DNA of 64,000 nucleotides from Candidatus Poribacteria bacterium (GTDB lineage Bacteria; Poribacteria; WGA-4E; WGA-3G): NCBI GenBank assembly GCA_965242965.1, contig OZ251518.1, positions 1,120,001 to 1,184,000 of the forward strand, read 5' to 3'. Shown piece by piece: positions 31,269 to 40,460 of this stretch (position 1 is its first letter; each line of letters starts with the position of its first letter). The notes under the pieces were generated by a model. It saw only the letters and a program-made list of their open reading frames with translations, ran no database searches and was not told where the DNA came from. The position numbers and the translations under genes were made by a program.

Positions 31269-31802
31269 ATGCTTCTTGACTGGATTTCAGGCACTCCCCT
31301 TGGGAACGAGACGTTCCTCGAAGTTTGGGAGTGGGTTCATATGTCATATAATTGCTTCATCATCTTCAACATTTTTCGGTTTACGTTTCACGTCATGCGC
31401 GGGGCAACGGAGGAATTCATTGAGCGGAGTCGTCTCATGCGATTCGTCATCCGTAGGTGGCGTCCGATCTTCGCCGTGCATCTGATCTGCTACGCGCTCA
31501 GCGGTGCGTATAACAATTGGTTTCTTATCGCAATCTTCATCGTCGGGTTAGTGTTGGTGACAATCAACCTTATCCTGCAATTCAGTCTTGAACGGCTGGA
31601 GCGACAAATCGCAGAGTATGACAGAATGGCGGAGGAGCGGAGGCGGAAGAAAGCGGCACCAGAGGAAGACGCGGAAACCGACGATGCCGATAGCGATGGA
31701 AACGGCGATGGAAACGGGGACAAAAACGCGGACAGAGACGCGGACAAAGACACGGACAGAAACGCGGACAGAAACGCGGACGCGGATAAGAGAGGGGATT
31801 AG
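31269..31802 (+). CDS. Hypothetical membrane protein with acidic repeat tail
   Basis: About 3 TM segments, a coiled coil, then 12-nt GACAGAAACGCG-like repeats. Confidence 0.6.
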   Translation: MLLDWISGTPLGNETFLEVWEWVHMSYNCFIIFNIFRFTFHVMRGATEEFIERSRLMRFVIRRWRPIFAVHLICYALSGAYNNWFLIAIFIVGLVLVTINLILQFSLERLERQIAEYDRMAEERRRKKAAPEEDAETDDADSDGNGDGNGDKNADRDADKDTDRNADRNADADKRGD

Positions 31803-31824
31803 CCCTCGCGTCATGGACTGAACA

Positions 31825-32538
31825 ATGGCAACGCATATCAAGACGCGAGCCGTGTCGGTTGCGCTATTTCTTTCACTGTTATTCCAGCTGTCCGGCTTCA
31901 GCCAATTCGCCGATTTGCCGCGCGATGAGAAGACGGTAGACATCGGGTTTGCCGGTGATGGTGCTTCGCAGACGTTCACCGTGACAGCCGTGGTGCCAGT
32001 CGCGAAACTCCATGGTTGGGCTGGCATCTATGGTTCGCGCGCCGCCAGCGATGAGGAGGTGCTTACGGAGATTATCAAGGGGCATATCCAAGGCGGTTTC
32101 CGTATCGGCACGTTCGGCATTGAGGCGTTTTCCGATTTAGAGCGGAACATTGCGGAGGGGAGCGCGCTCACATCGCAAATCGGGACGTATATTCGTCCGA
32201 AGATTTATGAACGCGAGCGGCTCCGTATCTCCGGCGGTATCGGCGGTTTCATTGAGAATATCCAACCGCGCCGTGGATTGATTTTAAGAAAATTCGATCC
32301 GACTTCGTTTCGGTGGTTGGCATTTTCTTCTGTCGGGTGGCGTAAACTCAATACACAGTTGAAGTTCACGCCGGAAGTAGGGTTTAAAAATTTCAAGGTG
32401 TCGGCTGAGCCGGCTATCACGTTTGACCTGTCGACTCGGTTAGGTTTGCGGATAAGCGGCGCGATAAATTACAACAGCGAACCGCTCACGGATAGGTGGC
32501 ACTACAAGTATCTCACCATTTTGCGGTTGAAGTTGTAG
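31825..32538 (+). CDS. Hypothetical secreted/outer-membrane beta-strand protein
   Basis: Signal peptide and amphipathic beta-strands; end resembles DUF481-type barrels (NYNSEP). Confidence 0.55.
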   Translation: MATHIKTRAVSVALFLSLLFQLSGFSQFADLPRDEKTVDIGFAGDGASQTFTVTAVVPVAKLHGWAGIYGSRAASDEEVLTEIIKGHIQGGFRIGTFGIEAFSDLERNIAEGSALTSQIGTYIRPKIYERERLRISGGIGGFIENIQPRRGLILRKFDPTSFRWLAFSSVGWRKLNTQLKFTPEVGFKNFKVSAEPAITFDLSTRLGLRISGAINYNSEPLTDRWHYKYLTILRLKL

Positions 32539-32545
32539 GTTCATT

Positions 32546-33131
32546 TCGGTAGGAGGGACATCCTTGTCCCGATGCATTCGGTAAGAGAGACCTCCTGGTC
32601 TCGATTTCTGCCGCCCGGTTTCCCTCGCCATCGTCCGCGCACGCCAACGATCGCGGGGGAAACCCTCTCGGATGCGCGGATGGCATCCGAGGGGCCCCGC
32701 GCTACGAAAAAAAACGCCGCCCCTTCACCGTAGGGCGAGGGCCTGTCCCTCGCCATGTGTTTGGCTGTCAGACCGCCTCCCCTCTGTAGGTCAGGATCGC
32801 CTGATCCTGACCTGTTTGTGATCAGGCGATCACAAACTACAGTGGGGGAAACACACATCGTGACGATAGCGATCGCGGGGGACAGGCCCCCGCGCTACGG
32901 AAAAAAACGCCGCCCCTTCACGTAGGGCGAGGGCCTGTCCCTCGCCATGCTGCGATCGCGGGGGAAACCCGTTCGGATGCGCGGATGGCATCCGAGGGCC
33001 CCCGCGCTACGGGAACATCGAGACCAGGAGGTCTCTCCTACCGGCGCATCGAGACCAGAGGTCTCTCCTACCGGGAACATCGCGCGCATCGAGACCGGGA
33101 GGGCGCGCCATAGAATTTATGAAACACCCTC
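32546..33131. repeat. REP mosaic ending in a TIR
   Basis: More than 10 hairpins; ATTTATGAAACACCCTC at 33115-33131. Confidence 0.85.
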
Positions 33132-33156
33132 GAATTGAGTTGGAGCATAAGGCAAG

Positions 33157-34293
33157 ATGAATGGACTGATTCAGCGCATCCAAGAATTTCTAAACAGGCC
33201 TGCTTTACCCCTAAGCGGCAGAGAAGTCAGTTTTTTTGAACTTATCACGTTAATCGGGACGTTAGCGGTGTTCGTCGCAGTCGCGGGCTTTTTGCGTCGG
33301 TGGCTCAGTCGTCTCTTTAGCAAGTTGCGGATGCCGGAGAGCACGCAGAACCGTCTGCTCGCGCTTTCGTTCCTCATCGTTATGATTGTCGGTTTCGTGG
33401 TAGGGTTAGAGGTTGCGAACATTAGCATTGGGCAGCTGGAAGCACTCCTAGCCTACGAAATTCCGATTGGAAAAGATAGCAGCTTAGCGGTGGCGAAACT
33501 TTTTTACGGTTGCGTCATCGTCTTTGTCGTGTTTATCCTCTCGAAATACGCGCAGTGGGTTATCCGCGAACAGGTTTTACAAGCGTTCACTATTGATGAG
33601 CACACGCAGTTTATCCTGCTCCGTTTCTTCCACATCGGTGTTGTCGCTATCGGCGTGCTGGTCAGCCTGAATGCCATCGGGTTAGGTTTGACGAACCTCA
33701 CCGTTATCCTGGGTGGCTTGAGTATCGGTATCGGGTTCGGGTTACAGAATATTGCGGCAAACATCTTGTCGGGCATTATCCTGATTTTTGAACGTCCGAT
33801 TAAAATCGGGGATTTGGTGGAAATCATGGATGCGAATATCTTCGGCAGAGTGAATGCAATCAATCTCCGTTCCACCGTTATCGTCGCGCTCGATGAGAAG
33901 GAGATTATCGTGCCGAATTCGCAGCTCGTTACGGAGCCGGTGCATAACCTAACGCACTATAACAGACGTTTTCGGGTGCGGGTTCCGGTGGGTGTCGCCT
34001 ATAGTTCGGACGTGCAGCTTGTGAAAAAGGCGTTATTGGAGGTGGCGCATGCGCATCCGGATGTGATTAAGGCACCTATCCGGGGACAGAAGAACGTCAC
34101 TGCGCCTTTCGTTCGCTTTATTCATTTCGGGGAGTCGTCGTTAGACTTCGAGTTGCTGGCGTGGATACCTGACTCTTTTCAGCGGTTCGATATTGCGAGT
34201 GACTTGCATTTCATGATTTGGGAGAAGTTTAAGGAATGCGAGATTACTATCCCGTTTCCGCAGCGGGATGTGCATCATTTTTATTCGGAGTAA
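33157..34293 (+). CDS. Small-conductance mechanosensitive channel (MscS family)
   Basis: GIGFGLQNIAAN, FERPIKIGD, INLRST, VPNS, VGVAY, IPFPQRDVH. Confidence 0.92.
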   Translation: MNGLIQRIQEFLNRPALPLSGREVSFFELITLIGTLAVFVAVAGFLRRWLSRLFSKLRMPESTQNRLLALSFLIVMIVGFVVGLEVANISIGQLEALLAYEIPIGKDSSLAVAKLFYGCVIVFVVFILSKYAQWVIREQVLQAFTIDEHTQFILLRFFHIGVVAIGVLVSLNAIGLGLTNLTVILGGLSIGIGFGLQNIAANILSGIILIFERPIKIGDLVEIMDANIFGRVNAINLRSTVIVALDEKEIIVPNSQLVTEPVHNLTHYNRRFRVRVPVGVAYSSDVQLVKKALLEVAHAHPDVIKAPIRGQKNVTAPFVRFIHFGESSLDFELLAWIPDSFQRFDIASDLHFMIWEKFKECEITIPFPQRDVHHFYSE

Positions 34294-34351
34294 CGAAAAA
34301 GCAGGCAGAATTTGGTATTCTGCCTGCTTCGCCGTTATACCCAATTAACCT

Positions 34352-34718
34352 GACGGTGTTTCATAAATCGCTCAACGTTGCGGTGAAACCCCTCGCCATG
34401 CGTTTTGCTATCAGACCTCCTCACCTCTGTAGGTCAGGCTCGCCCGATCTTGACCCGTTTGTGATCAGGCGAGCACAAACTACAGAAGGGGTGGCGCGCG
34501 CGGAGAAAAACGCCTCCCTCTACCGTAGGGCGAGGGCCTGTCCCTCGCCATCGTCCGCGCACGCCAACGCTCGCGGGGGAAACCCGCTCGGATGCGCGGA
34601 TGGCATCCGAGGGCCCCGCGCTACGGGAAAAATCGAGACCAGGAGGTCGCTCCTCCCCGAAGAATCGAGACCGGGAGGTCGCTCCTACCGGGAAACCATT
34701 GAGATATGAAATACCCTC
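34352..34718. mobile_element. TIR-bounded MITE-like REP cassette with 9-bp TSD
   Basis: AATTAACCT at 34343-34351 and 34719-34727. Confidence 0.82.
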
Positions 34719-34783
34719 AATTAACCTGAGTCGTTCCAGATTGCCAGAGCCCGAAAATCATGGGCAATGTGAGGCGGCGCGCT

Positions 34784-35005
34784 TCATTTCCGGACTGCGT
34801 CTAATACGCGTTGAAAGTCTTCCACGGAATCTGCCAGGACCGCGGCACGCAGCAATTCGTCAAGTCCTTGTGCGTCATCAACGGTGTCCAACGTTGACTG
34901 AAAATCGCGCGTGGCATCCGGATGCAATCGGAGCTCCAACACCCTAAGGATGGATTCACGGCGAGCTGCGGCACCAAAGTATTGGATGATAGGTGCTTCG
35001 TGCAT
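34784..35005 (-). CDS. Stand-alone Rpn C-terminal domain, cassette 2 (73 aa, putative RpnS-like antitoxin)
   Basis: GGAGG-CTAACC-ATG; near-identical to the distal part of the Rpn tail. Confidence 0.8.
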   Translation of the reverse strand: MHEAPIIQYFGAAARRESILRVLELRLHPDATRDFQSTLDTVDDAQGLDELLRAAVLADSVEDFQRVLDAVRK

Positions 35006-35063
35006 GGTTAGCCTCCAAAGGTAAAGACGAGGCAGCGCGGTTGAGAACCGCGCCCTCGGTGAA

Positions 35064-35309
35064 TCAGCTGTCGTTCGCCGCCAAAGCGCGCCGGAAGTCT
35101 TCGACAGAATCCGCTAGAACCGCTGCATGATGCAACTGCTTGAGGCGTTGCAAGTCGTCAATAGCCTCCAGCGTTGGTTGAAAATCGCGTGCTATGTCCG
35201 GATGCAACCGAAGTTCCAATACTTCCAGGATATGTTCACGCGAATTCTGTCGCCGTGCTTCCGCAGTGGCTTGCTCTGTCCAATATTGGACAATCGGAAT
35301 TTCGTGCAT
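35064..35309 (-). CDS. Stand-alone Rpn C-terminal domain, cassette 1 (81 aa, putative RpnS-like antitoxin)
   Basis: GGAGG-CTAACC-ATG; first 20 aa identical to the Rpn internal product. Confidence 0.8.
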   Translation of the reverse strand: MHEIPIVQYWTEQATAEARRQNSREHILEVLELRLHPDIARDFQPTLEAIDDLQRLKQLHHAAVLADSVEDFRRALAANDS

Positions 35310-35345
35310 GGTTAGCCTCCAGTGGGACACGCGAGGCGGCGCGCT

Positions 35346-35591
35346 TCATTTCCGGACTGCGTCTAATACGCGTTGAAAGTCTTCCACGGAATCTGCGAGG
35401 GCCGCGGCACGCAGCAATTCGTCAAGTCCTTGTGCGTCATCAACGGTATCCAACGTTGGCTGAAAATCGCGCGTTGCATCCGTATGCAACCGGCACTCTA
35501 ACACCCTAAGGATGTCTTCACGCGATTTTTCCCGCCGTGCTTCCGCAGTGGCTTGCTCTGTCCAGTATTGGACGATAGGGATTTCGTGCAT
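35346..35591 (-). CDS. Nested in-frame small protein (RpnS-like, 81 aa) from an internal start
   Basis: AAGGAGG-CTGACC-ATG at codon 216 of rpn. Confidence 0.7.
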   Translation of the reverse strand: MHEIPIVQYWTEQATAEARREKSREDILRVLECRLHTDATRDFQPTLDTVDDAQGLDELLRAAALADSVEDFQRVLDAVRK

Positions 35592-36236
35592 GGTCAGCCT
35601 CCTTACGATATCCAAAATGTGTTCCTTCTCAAAAATTACATTGCCCAACACAGCCATCACCCCGAGGGTATCCAGCTTATTCGGCATGTCGATGTTATCC
35701 GCGGTTTGAATGCACCGCTGCAACCATTCGTCCGCATCCACGCCTACAGGCGGCTTCATCAGCGGTGTGAACGGTAGCAAACCGGTAGGCTGCGCGTCAA
35801 GGACCGCCTGTCCATCCATCTCCGCGAGACGGATGACTTGGTATTCCACCAAAATCTCGTTCCCAGGGATCTGCTGTTGAAACTTCCCCGGGTCATTTCG
35901 GCCGGCATCCGGCCGCAGATAAATCACGTTGGCGTAGACATCCATCCGGTATGTTCTCACCAACCAGATGATATAACTCGCCATCCGGAGTGCCATCGAC
36001 GGGTCAAAACTATCGGTAGTTTGAAACTCAAAATGCACCAAGACATATTTGCCGCGGAGTTTCACCTTGATCAGGACATCCGCCTGACGCATTTCAACGG
36101 TAGGTTGCTCCGGCGTGATGAGCTCCACGTCGGTAAATTCTACCCCGGTCATACGCCGTAGGTTGAAGCAGAACGCCACGAAATCTCTGGGGTTCTGCTG
36201 CACTAATCTTTTCGATGCGCTGTCAAAAGATGCCAT
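35346..36236 (-). CDS. Rpn/YhgA-like PD-(D/E)XK nuclease
   Basis: FD...K N-terminus, ADVL...HFEFQT, MALRMASY, NVIYL, LLPFTPLM. Confidence 0.85.
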   Translation of the reverse strand: MASFDSASKRLVQQNPRDFVAFCFNLRRMTGVEFTDVELITPEQPTVEMRQADVLIKVKLRGKYVLVHFEFQTTDSFDPSMALRMASYIIWLVRTYRMDVYANVIYLRPDAGRNDPGKFQQQIPGNEILVEYQVIRLAEMDGQAVLDAQPTGLLPFTPLMKPPVGVDADEWLQRCIQTADNIDMPNKLDTLGVMAVLGNVIFEKEHILDIVRRLTMHEIPIVQYWTEQATAEARREKSREDILRVLECRLHTDATRDFQPTLDTVDDAQGLDELLRAAALADSVEDFQRVLDAVRK

Positions 36237-36305
36237 TCAATCTCCTTTTTCATTATTTGATTTGATAAACGCCTGACTCTGAAATGAGAGCGGCTTCTGA
36301 TAGAT

Positions 36306-36335
36306 ATTATACCTCATTCAAAACAAATTTGTCAA
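36306..36335 (-). promoter_or_regulatory. sigma70-type promoter of rpn
   Basis: TTGACA-18 nt-TATAAT on the minus strand. Confidence 0.7.
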
Positions 36336-36350
36336 GGCAAAATGTTTTTT

Positions 36351-37001
36351 CTACGTGGCATTGTGATGCCGAATGACATCGCCTTTTACGAGATAATACA
36401 CTTCTTCCCCGATATTCGCTGATAGATCGCCCACCCGCTCTAAATGCCGGAAGAGAAGCAGAATGCTGATGCCCGGCGGGATCAACTCCGGACGTTCGTT
36501 GAGGACAGCGTAGATTTCGGGGAGGAGGCGCGCATAGATGGCATCAACTTTCTCGTCGCGTCCCCGGATTTCTCGCGCTAATTCCGCATTCCGATTGACA
36601 AACGCGTCCAGCGCATCTTTTACCATCTCCTGAATAAAGCACGCGATATCCGGCAGATCGACGAACCGCGGGAAAGGTGGGTATTCTAACAATTCAAGGC
36701 TCCGTTTGGCAATGGAGACGCTTTTATCCGCCAACCGTTCAATATGCCGACAGATTTTCATCGCCGCTGTCAGGAAGCGGAGCTCAAACGCCACCGGTTG
36801 ATGGAGCGCGATGCGCTGAATACACGTAGCCTCGATCTGGTTTTCAAACGAGTCGACTGTATCATCGGTTGCGATGACGGCACGCGCGAGAACCTCATCC
36901 CGCGTCAAGACTGACTCAACGGCTTGGTGTAGCATCCGTTCGGCAATCCCAGCCATTTCTAAAAGTTGGTGCTGTAGCACCTTGAGTTCCATTTCTAACA
37001 T
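36351..37001 (-). CDS. phoU: Phosphate signalling protein PhoU
   Basis: QPVAFELR, IERLAD, DEKVD, LERVGDLSANIGE. Confidence 0.93.
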   Translation of the reverse strand: MLEMELKVLQHQLLEMAGIAERMLHQAVESVLTRDEVLARAVIATDDTVDSFENQIEATCIQRIALHQPVAFELRFLTAAMKICRHIERLADKSVSIAKRSLELLEYPPFPRFVDLPDIACFIQEMVKDALDAFVNRNAELAREIRGRDEKVDAIYARLLPEIYAVLNERPELIPPGISILLLFRHLERVGDLSANIGEEVYYLVKGDVIRHHNAT

Positions 37002-37079
37002 TTTTGTTGTTTGCAAGGCGTTCGGCGGGCATCTCTTGTGCAAAGACAGGTGTCACGCCAGTGCCGCTATTGACATCCT

Positions 37080-37375
37080 TCGCGCACTCCAACGCTCGCG
37101 GGGGACAGGCCCCCGCACTACGAAAAAAAACGCCACTCCCTCACCGTAGGGCGAGGGCCTGTCCCTCGCCATCGTCCGCGCACTCTAACGCTCGCGGGGG
37201 ACAGGCCCCCGCACTACGATGAAAAATACGCCACTCCCTCACCGTAGGGCGAGGGCCTGTCCCTCGCCATCCCTCGCGTAATCCAACGCTCGCGGGGGAC
37301 AGGCCCCCGCGCTACGGGCACATCGAGACCAGGAGGTCTCTCCTACCCGAAGAAATCGAGATATGAAACACGCTC
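37080..37375. repeat. REP mosaic (tandem hairpin pairs) ending in a TIR, inside the pst operon
   Basis: Three units of about 100-110 bp; ATATGAAACACGCTC at 37361. Confidence 0.85.
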
Positions 37376-37377
37376 AA

Positions 37378-38154
37378 TTAACCGAGTCTGCCTGTCACAT
37401 ACTGCTCTGTCCTGATATCTTGTGGGTTCGTGAATATCTTTTCTGTCGTGCCAAACTCGATGAGTTCGCCGCAATAGAGAAACCCCGCGTAATCGGAGAC
37501 GCGCGCCGCTTGCCGCCGCTTGTTAGTCACAAAGATAAGCGTGTGATGCTGCTTGAGATTCCGAACGAGTGCCTCAATCTTAGGCGTTTCCATCGGATCG
37601 AGCGCGCCACACGGTTCATCGAAAATAAGCACCTCGGGGCCTATCGCTAAAGCACGGGCGATGCAGAGCCGCTGCTGCTGCCCAATAGAGAGCTGCTCAG
37701 GCGTTTCGTTCAGGATGTTCGCCACTTCGTCCCACAAGTTTACGCTGCGGAGGCTTTTCTCCACGATGGCATCAAGTTGCGCGGACTGGGTTACGCCTGA
37801 AATCCGCGCGCCATAGGCGACGTTCTCATAAACGGATTTGTGGAACAGCACCGGTTCCCCAAAAACCATCCCGATCCGCTTCCGAATTGCGGTGGCATCC
37901 ACCCGCGACGCGTAAAGGTCTTGTCCATTAAAAAGAATTTCGCCGGTGAGTCTGAAACCCGGCGTGAAGTCGTTTAAACGGTTGAGACACCGCACGAGAG
38001 TGCTTTTGCCGCAGTTCGAGGGCCCGATGAGCGCCGTGACCTGCCGCCGTTTCACTTCAAAGGAGAGCGCGCGCAAAATCGGCCCTTGTTCGCCGTACCA
38101 TACACTGAGGTTACGGACAGTTAAAATAGGCGCGTCTAACGCGTTTTTGTCCAT
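37378..38154 (-). CDS. pstB: Phosphate ABC ATPase PstB, third divergent copy
   Basis: GPSNCGKST, LNRLND, LSIGQQQRL, DEP, YVTGRLG; H-loop reads VTN. Confidence 0.85.
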   Translation of the reverse strand: MDKNALDAPILTVRNLSVWYGEQGPILRALSFEVKRRQVTALIGPSNCGKSTLVRCLNRLNDFTPGFRLTGEILFNGQDLYASRVDATAIRKRIGMVFGEPVLFHKSVYENVAYGARISGVTQSAQLDAIVEKSLRSVNLWDEVANILNETPEQLSIGQQQRLCIARALAIGPEVLIFDEPCGALDPMETPKIEALVRNLKQHHTLIFVTNKRRQAARVSDYAGFLYCGELIEFGTTEKIFTNPQDIRTEQYVTGRLG

Positions 38155-38231
38155 TTTTGTCCTCTCTGTCCTCTCTAGCCTCTCTAGCCTCGCGGCCGTT
38201 TAGCGCTGCTGACTGAGCAGGCTCGTTACGG

Positions 38232-38876
38232 CTAGAGCCGTGAACGCCGCTCCAGAATATTGGCAAGCACACTGAAGCCCACCGCGCACGCTAAAATCAC
38301 GCCGATTTGACTCATCGGGACACTCTCCATGCGCGCAATCGGAACCGCATAGACGACAATCAGCAAGCCTGCAACAGCGAACGCTCGCGACAGGGCCCGA
38401 CAACTGCCTGCGAGAATATCGGGTAAAGCGAGGGGCAAGACGTGGTCTGACAGAACACGCCATCGGTTTGTGCCGAGGGCATACGCCGCCTCTCTGAGCG
38501 GTAAGTCAACGCGCTGCACCGCCCGCTGCGTAGACTGAATTGCGAGCGGCATAACAAGCAACACGAACGCTAACGCTTGCACACTAAATCCGACATCCCG
38601 AAACACGAAAACCTCAAGTGCCAACAGCCCGTATAAAAGCGATGGAATCCCGGCGAAGATGGCAACTTTACCCTCAACCACACGCCGAATCCAATGCGTT
38701 TTCGGCAGCCATTCCGCTATATAAATGCCCCCTATCACCCCGAGAAAAAGCGAGAGCAGGACGACAGGTAGCATCAGCGTGAGATTTCCTTGCAGGCCGG
38801 AAAGCGTGTTTGATGCTTGCATGTTTCTTCTGAGGCTGAGAGAAATCTGATGCGCTCTTTGTTGAACGTTACCCAT
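38232..38876 (-). CDS. Short divergent PstA-like permease
   Basis: IYIAEW, AGIPSLLYGL, REAAYALG EAA loop; lacks the GETAP motif. Confidence 0.7.
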   Translation of the reverse strand: MGNVQQRAHQISLSLRRNMQASNTLSGLQGNLTLMLPVVLLSLFLGVIGGIYIAEWLPKTHWIRRVVEGKVAIFAGIPSLLYGLLALEVFVFRDVGFSVQALAFVLLVMPLAIQSTQRAVQRVDLPLREAAYALGTNRWRVLSDHVLPLALPDILAGSCRALSRAFAVAGLLIVVYAVPIARMESVPMSQIGVILACAVGFSVLANILERRSRL

Positions 38877-39657
38877 AACGCATTTGCACATAGTCGGCGG
38901 TTTTCGGATGCGCCGGCGTTTGAAATAGGGCCTGCGTCTCTCGGTGTTCGATCAGTTCGCCGAGGAACATGAAAATGCACTCATCGCTGACGCGGCGCGC
39001 TTGCGCCATGTTATGCGTCACGACAAGGAAGGTATACGCGCCGGACAGCACCGACATCAATTCTTCGACAGCCAGCGTGCCTTTTGCATCCAGCGCAGAG
39101 CACGGTTCGTCCATCAAAATAATCTTCGGTTTGAGCGGCAACAACCGCGCGATGCACAACTTCTGCTGCTGCTCCAATTGCAGCGACGTTGCGCGCGACT
39201 TCAACTTATCCTTCAAATCTTCCCATAGAAAGACAGCTCTAAGTGCTTCTTCGACAATCTCGTCCGCCTCGCTGCGCGACAAACTCCGCAGCGGCGAGTG
39301 AATACGCAACCCGAACAAGATGTTCTCGTAAACCGAAATCGGCAACGGGTTCGGACGCTGGAATACCATGCCGACTGTTTTGCGAAGTTCCGGCAACGAG
39401 ACATCCGCATCGTAGATGTTTTTCCCTAACACCTTAATCTCACCTGTGGTGGTGACATTACCGTAACGTTCGTTCACACGATTGAAGCAGCGCAGCAGCG
39501 TCGATTTCCCACATCCAGAAGGACCGATTAGCGAGGTAATTTGTCCATCTGGAATCTTTACGTTGACATCAATGAGTGCCTGAAAATCGCCATACCAAAG
39601 GTTGAGGTCCGCTGCCTCAATACTATTTTTTTTACTCGCAAGGCGTTCGCTTGTCAT
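38869..39657 (-). CDS. pstB: Phosphate ABC ATPase PstB with degenerate signature
   Basis: GPSGCGKST, GMVFQRPNP, MDEPCSALD, VTHN; signature reads LQLEQQQ. Confidence 0.9.
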   Translation of the reverse strand: MTSERLASKKNSIEAADLNLWYGDFQALIDVNVKIPDGQITSLIGPSGCGKSTLLRCFNRVNERYGNVTTTGEIKVLGKNIYDADVSLPELRKTVGMVFQRPNPLPISVYENILFGLRIHSPLRSLSRSEADEIVEEALRAVFLWEDLKDKLKSRATSLQLEQQQKLCIARLLPLKPKIILMDEPCSALDAKGTLAVEELMSVLSGAYTFLVVTHNMAQARRVSDECIFMFLGELIEHRETQALFQTPAHPKTADYVQMRYG

Positions 39658-39701
39658 GTTAGTTCAATGCCTTTTTCTACGTTCTCACGGCAGGACAGAA
39701 G

Positions 39702-40460
39702 TTATCCAAAGTTACCCTTGACATAATCGTAGGTGGACTGATTCGCCGGGTTATCGGAGAAAATCGCATCCGTTGCGTCAATTTCAACCAGCTCGCCGTT
39801 GAGAAAAAACGCAGTGCGATTTGCCAACCGTTTTGCCTGCTGCACGAGATTCGTGACGAGCAGAATTGTCATTTCGGCGCGGAGTGTTTTCAGCACATCC
39901 TCAATGCGCATCGTCGTAACCGGATCTACGGCGATAGAGAATTCGTCAAGACATAAAATCTCTGGCTGATGCGACAGCGCGCGGGCTATGGTTAACCGCT
40001 GCTGTTGTCCACCGGAAAGTTTTGTGCCGAGGCTATTGAGCCGGTCCTTCACTTCGTCCCATAAGGCGGCTTGCTGCAGGCATCTCTCAACAATCTCGTC
40101 CAACGCCGATTTCTTGCGAAGTCCAGCGGTGCGCGGTGCGAAGGCGACGTTGTCGTAGATAGACAACGGTAAACCCACCGGCAACGGCAACACCATGCCG
40201 ATGCGTCGACGTAAACTGTAGACATCGCCGATAGTATGGATATCCTCGCTATCAAGTTTCACCGTGCCTTCGACGGTTGTCCCAGGCGTGAACTCCAGCG
40301 TTCTGTTGATAACCTTCAACAGCGTCGTTTTCCCAGATTGCGCCGGTCCGATGATACTGAGGATTTCGTTTTCGTAGACATCAAACGAAACGCCGTTCAA
40401 GGCGAGTTTATTGCCGTAGCGCACGCTGAGTTCAGATACCTCAATCTTCTTCTTTTCCAT
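39702..40460 (-). CDS. pstB: Phosphate ABC ATPase PstB with degenerate Q- and H-loops
   Basis: GPAQSGKTT, LSGGQQQRL, LDEF, VTNL, YVKGNFG. Confidence 0.88.
   Translation of the reverse strand: MEKKKIEVSELSVRYGNKLALNGVSFDVYENEILSIIGPAQSGKTTLLKVINRTLEFTPGTTVEGTVKLDSEDIHTIGDVYSLRRRIGMVLPLPVGLPLSIYDNVAFAPRTAGLRKKSALDEIVERCLQQAALWDEVKDRLNSLGTKLSGGQQQRLTIARALSHQPEILCLDEFSIAVDPVTTMRIEDVLKTLRAEMTILLVTNLVQQAKRLANRTAFFLNGELVEIDATDAIFSDNPANQSTYDYVKGNFG

Noticed and set aside
34784-35602. Diversity-generating retroelement TR/VR explanation for the near-identical copies
   Set aside because: No reverse transcriptase in the window and the mismatches are not confined to adenines
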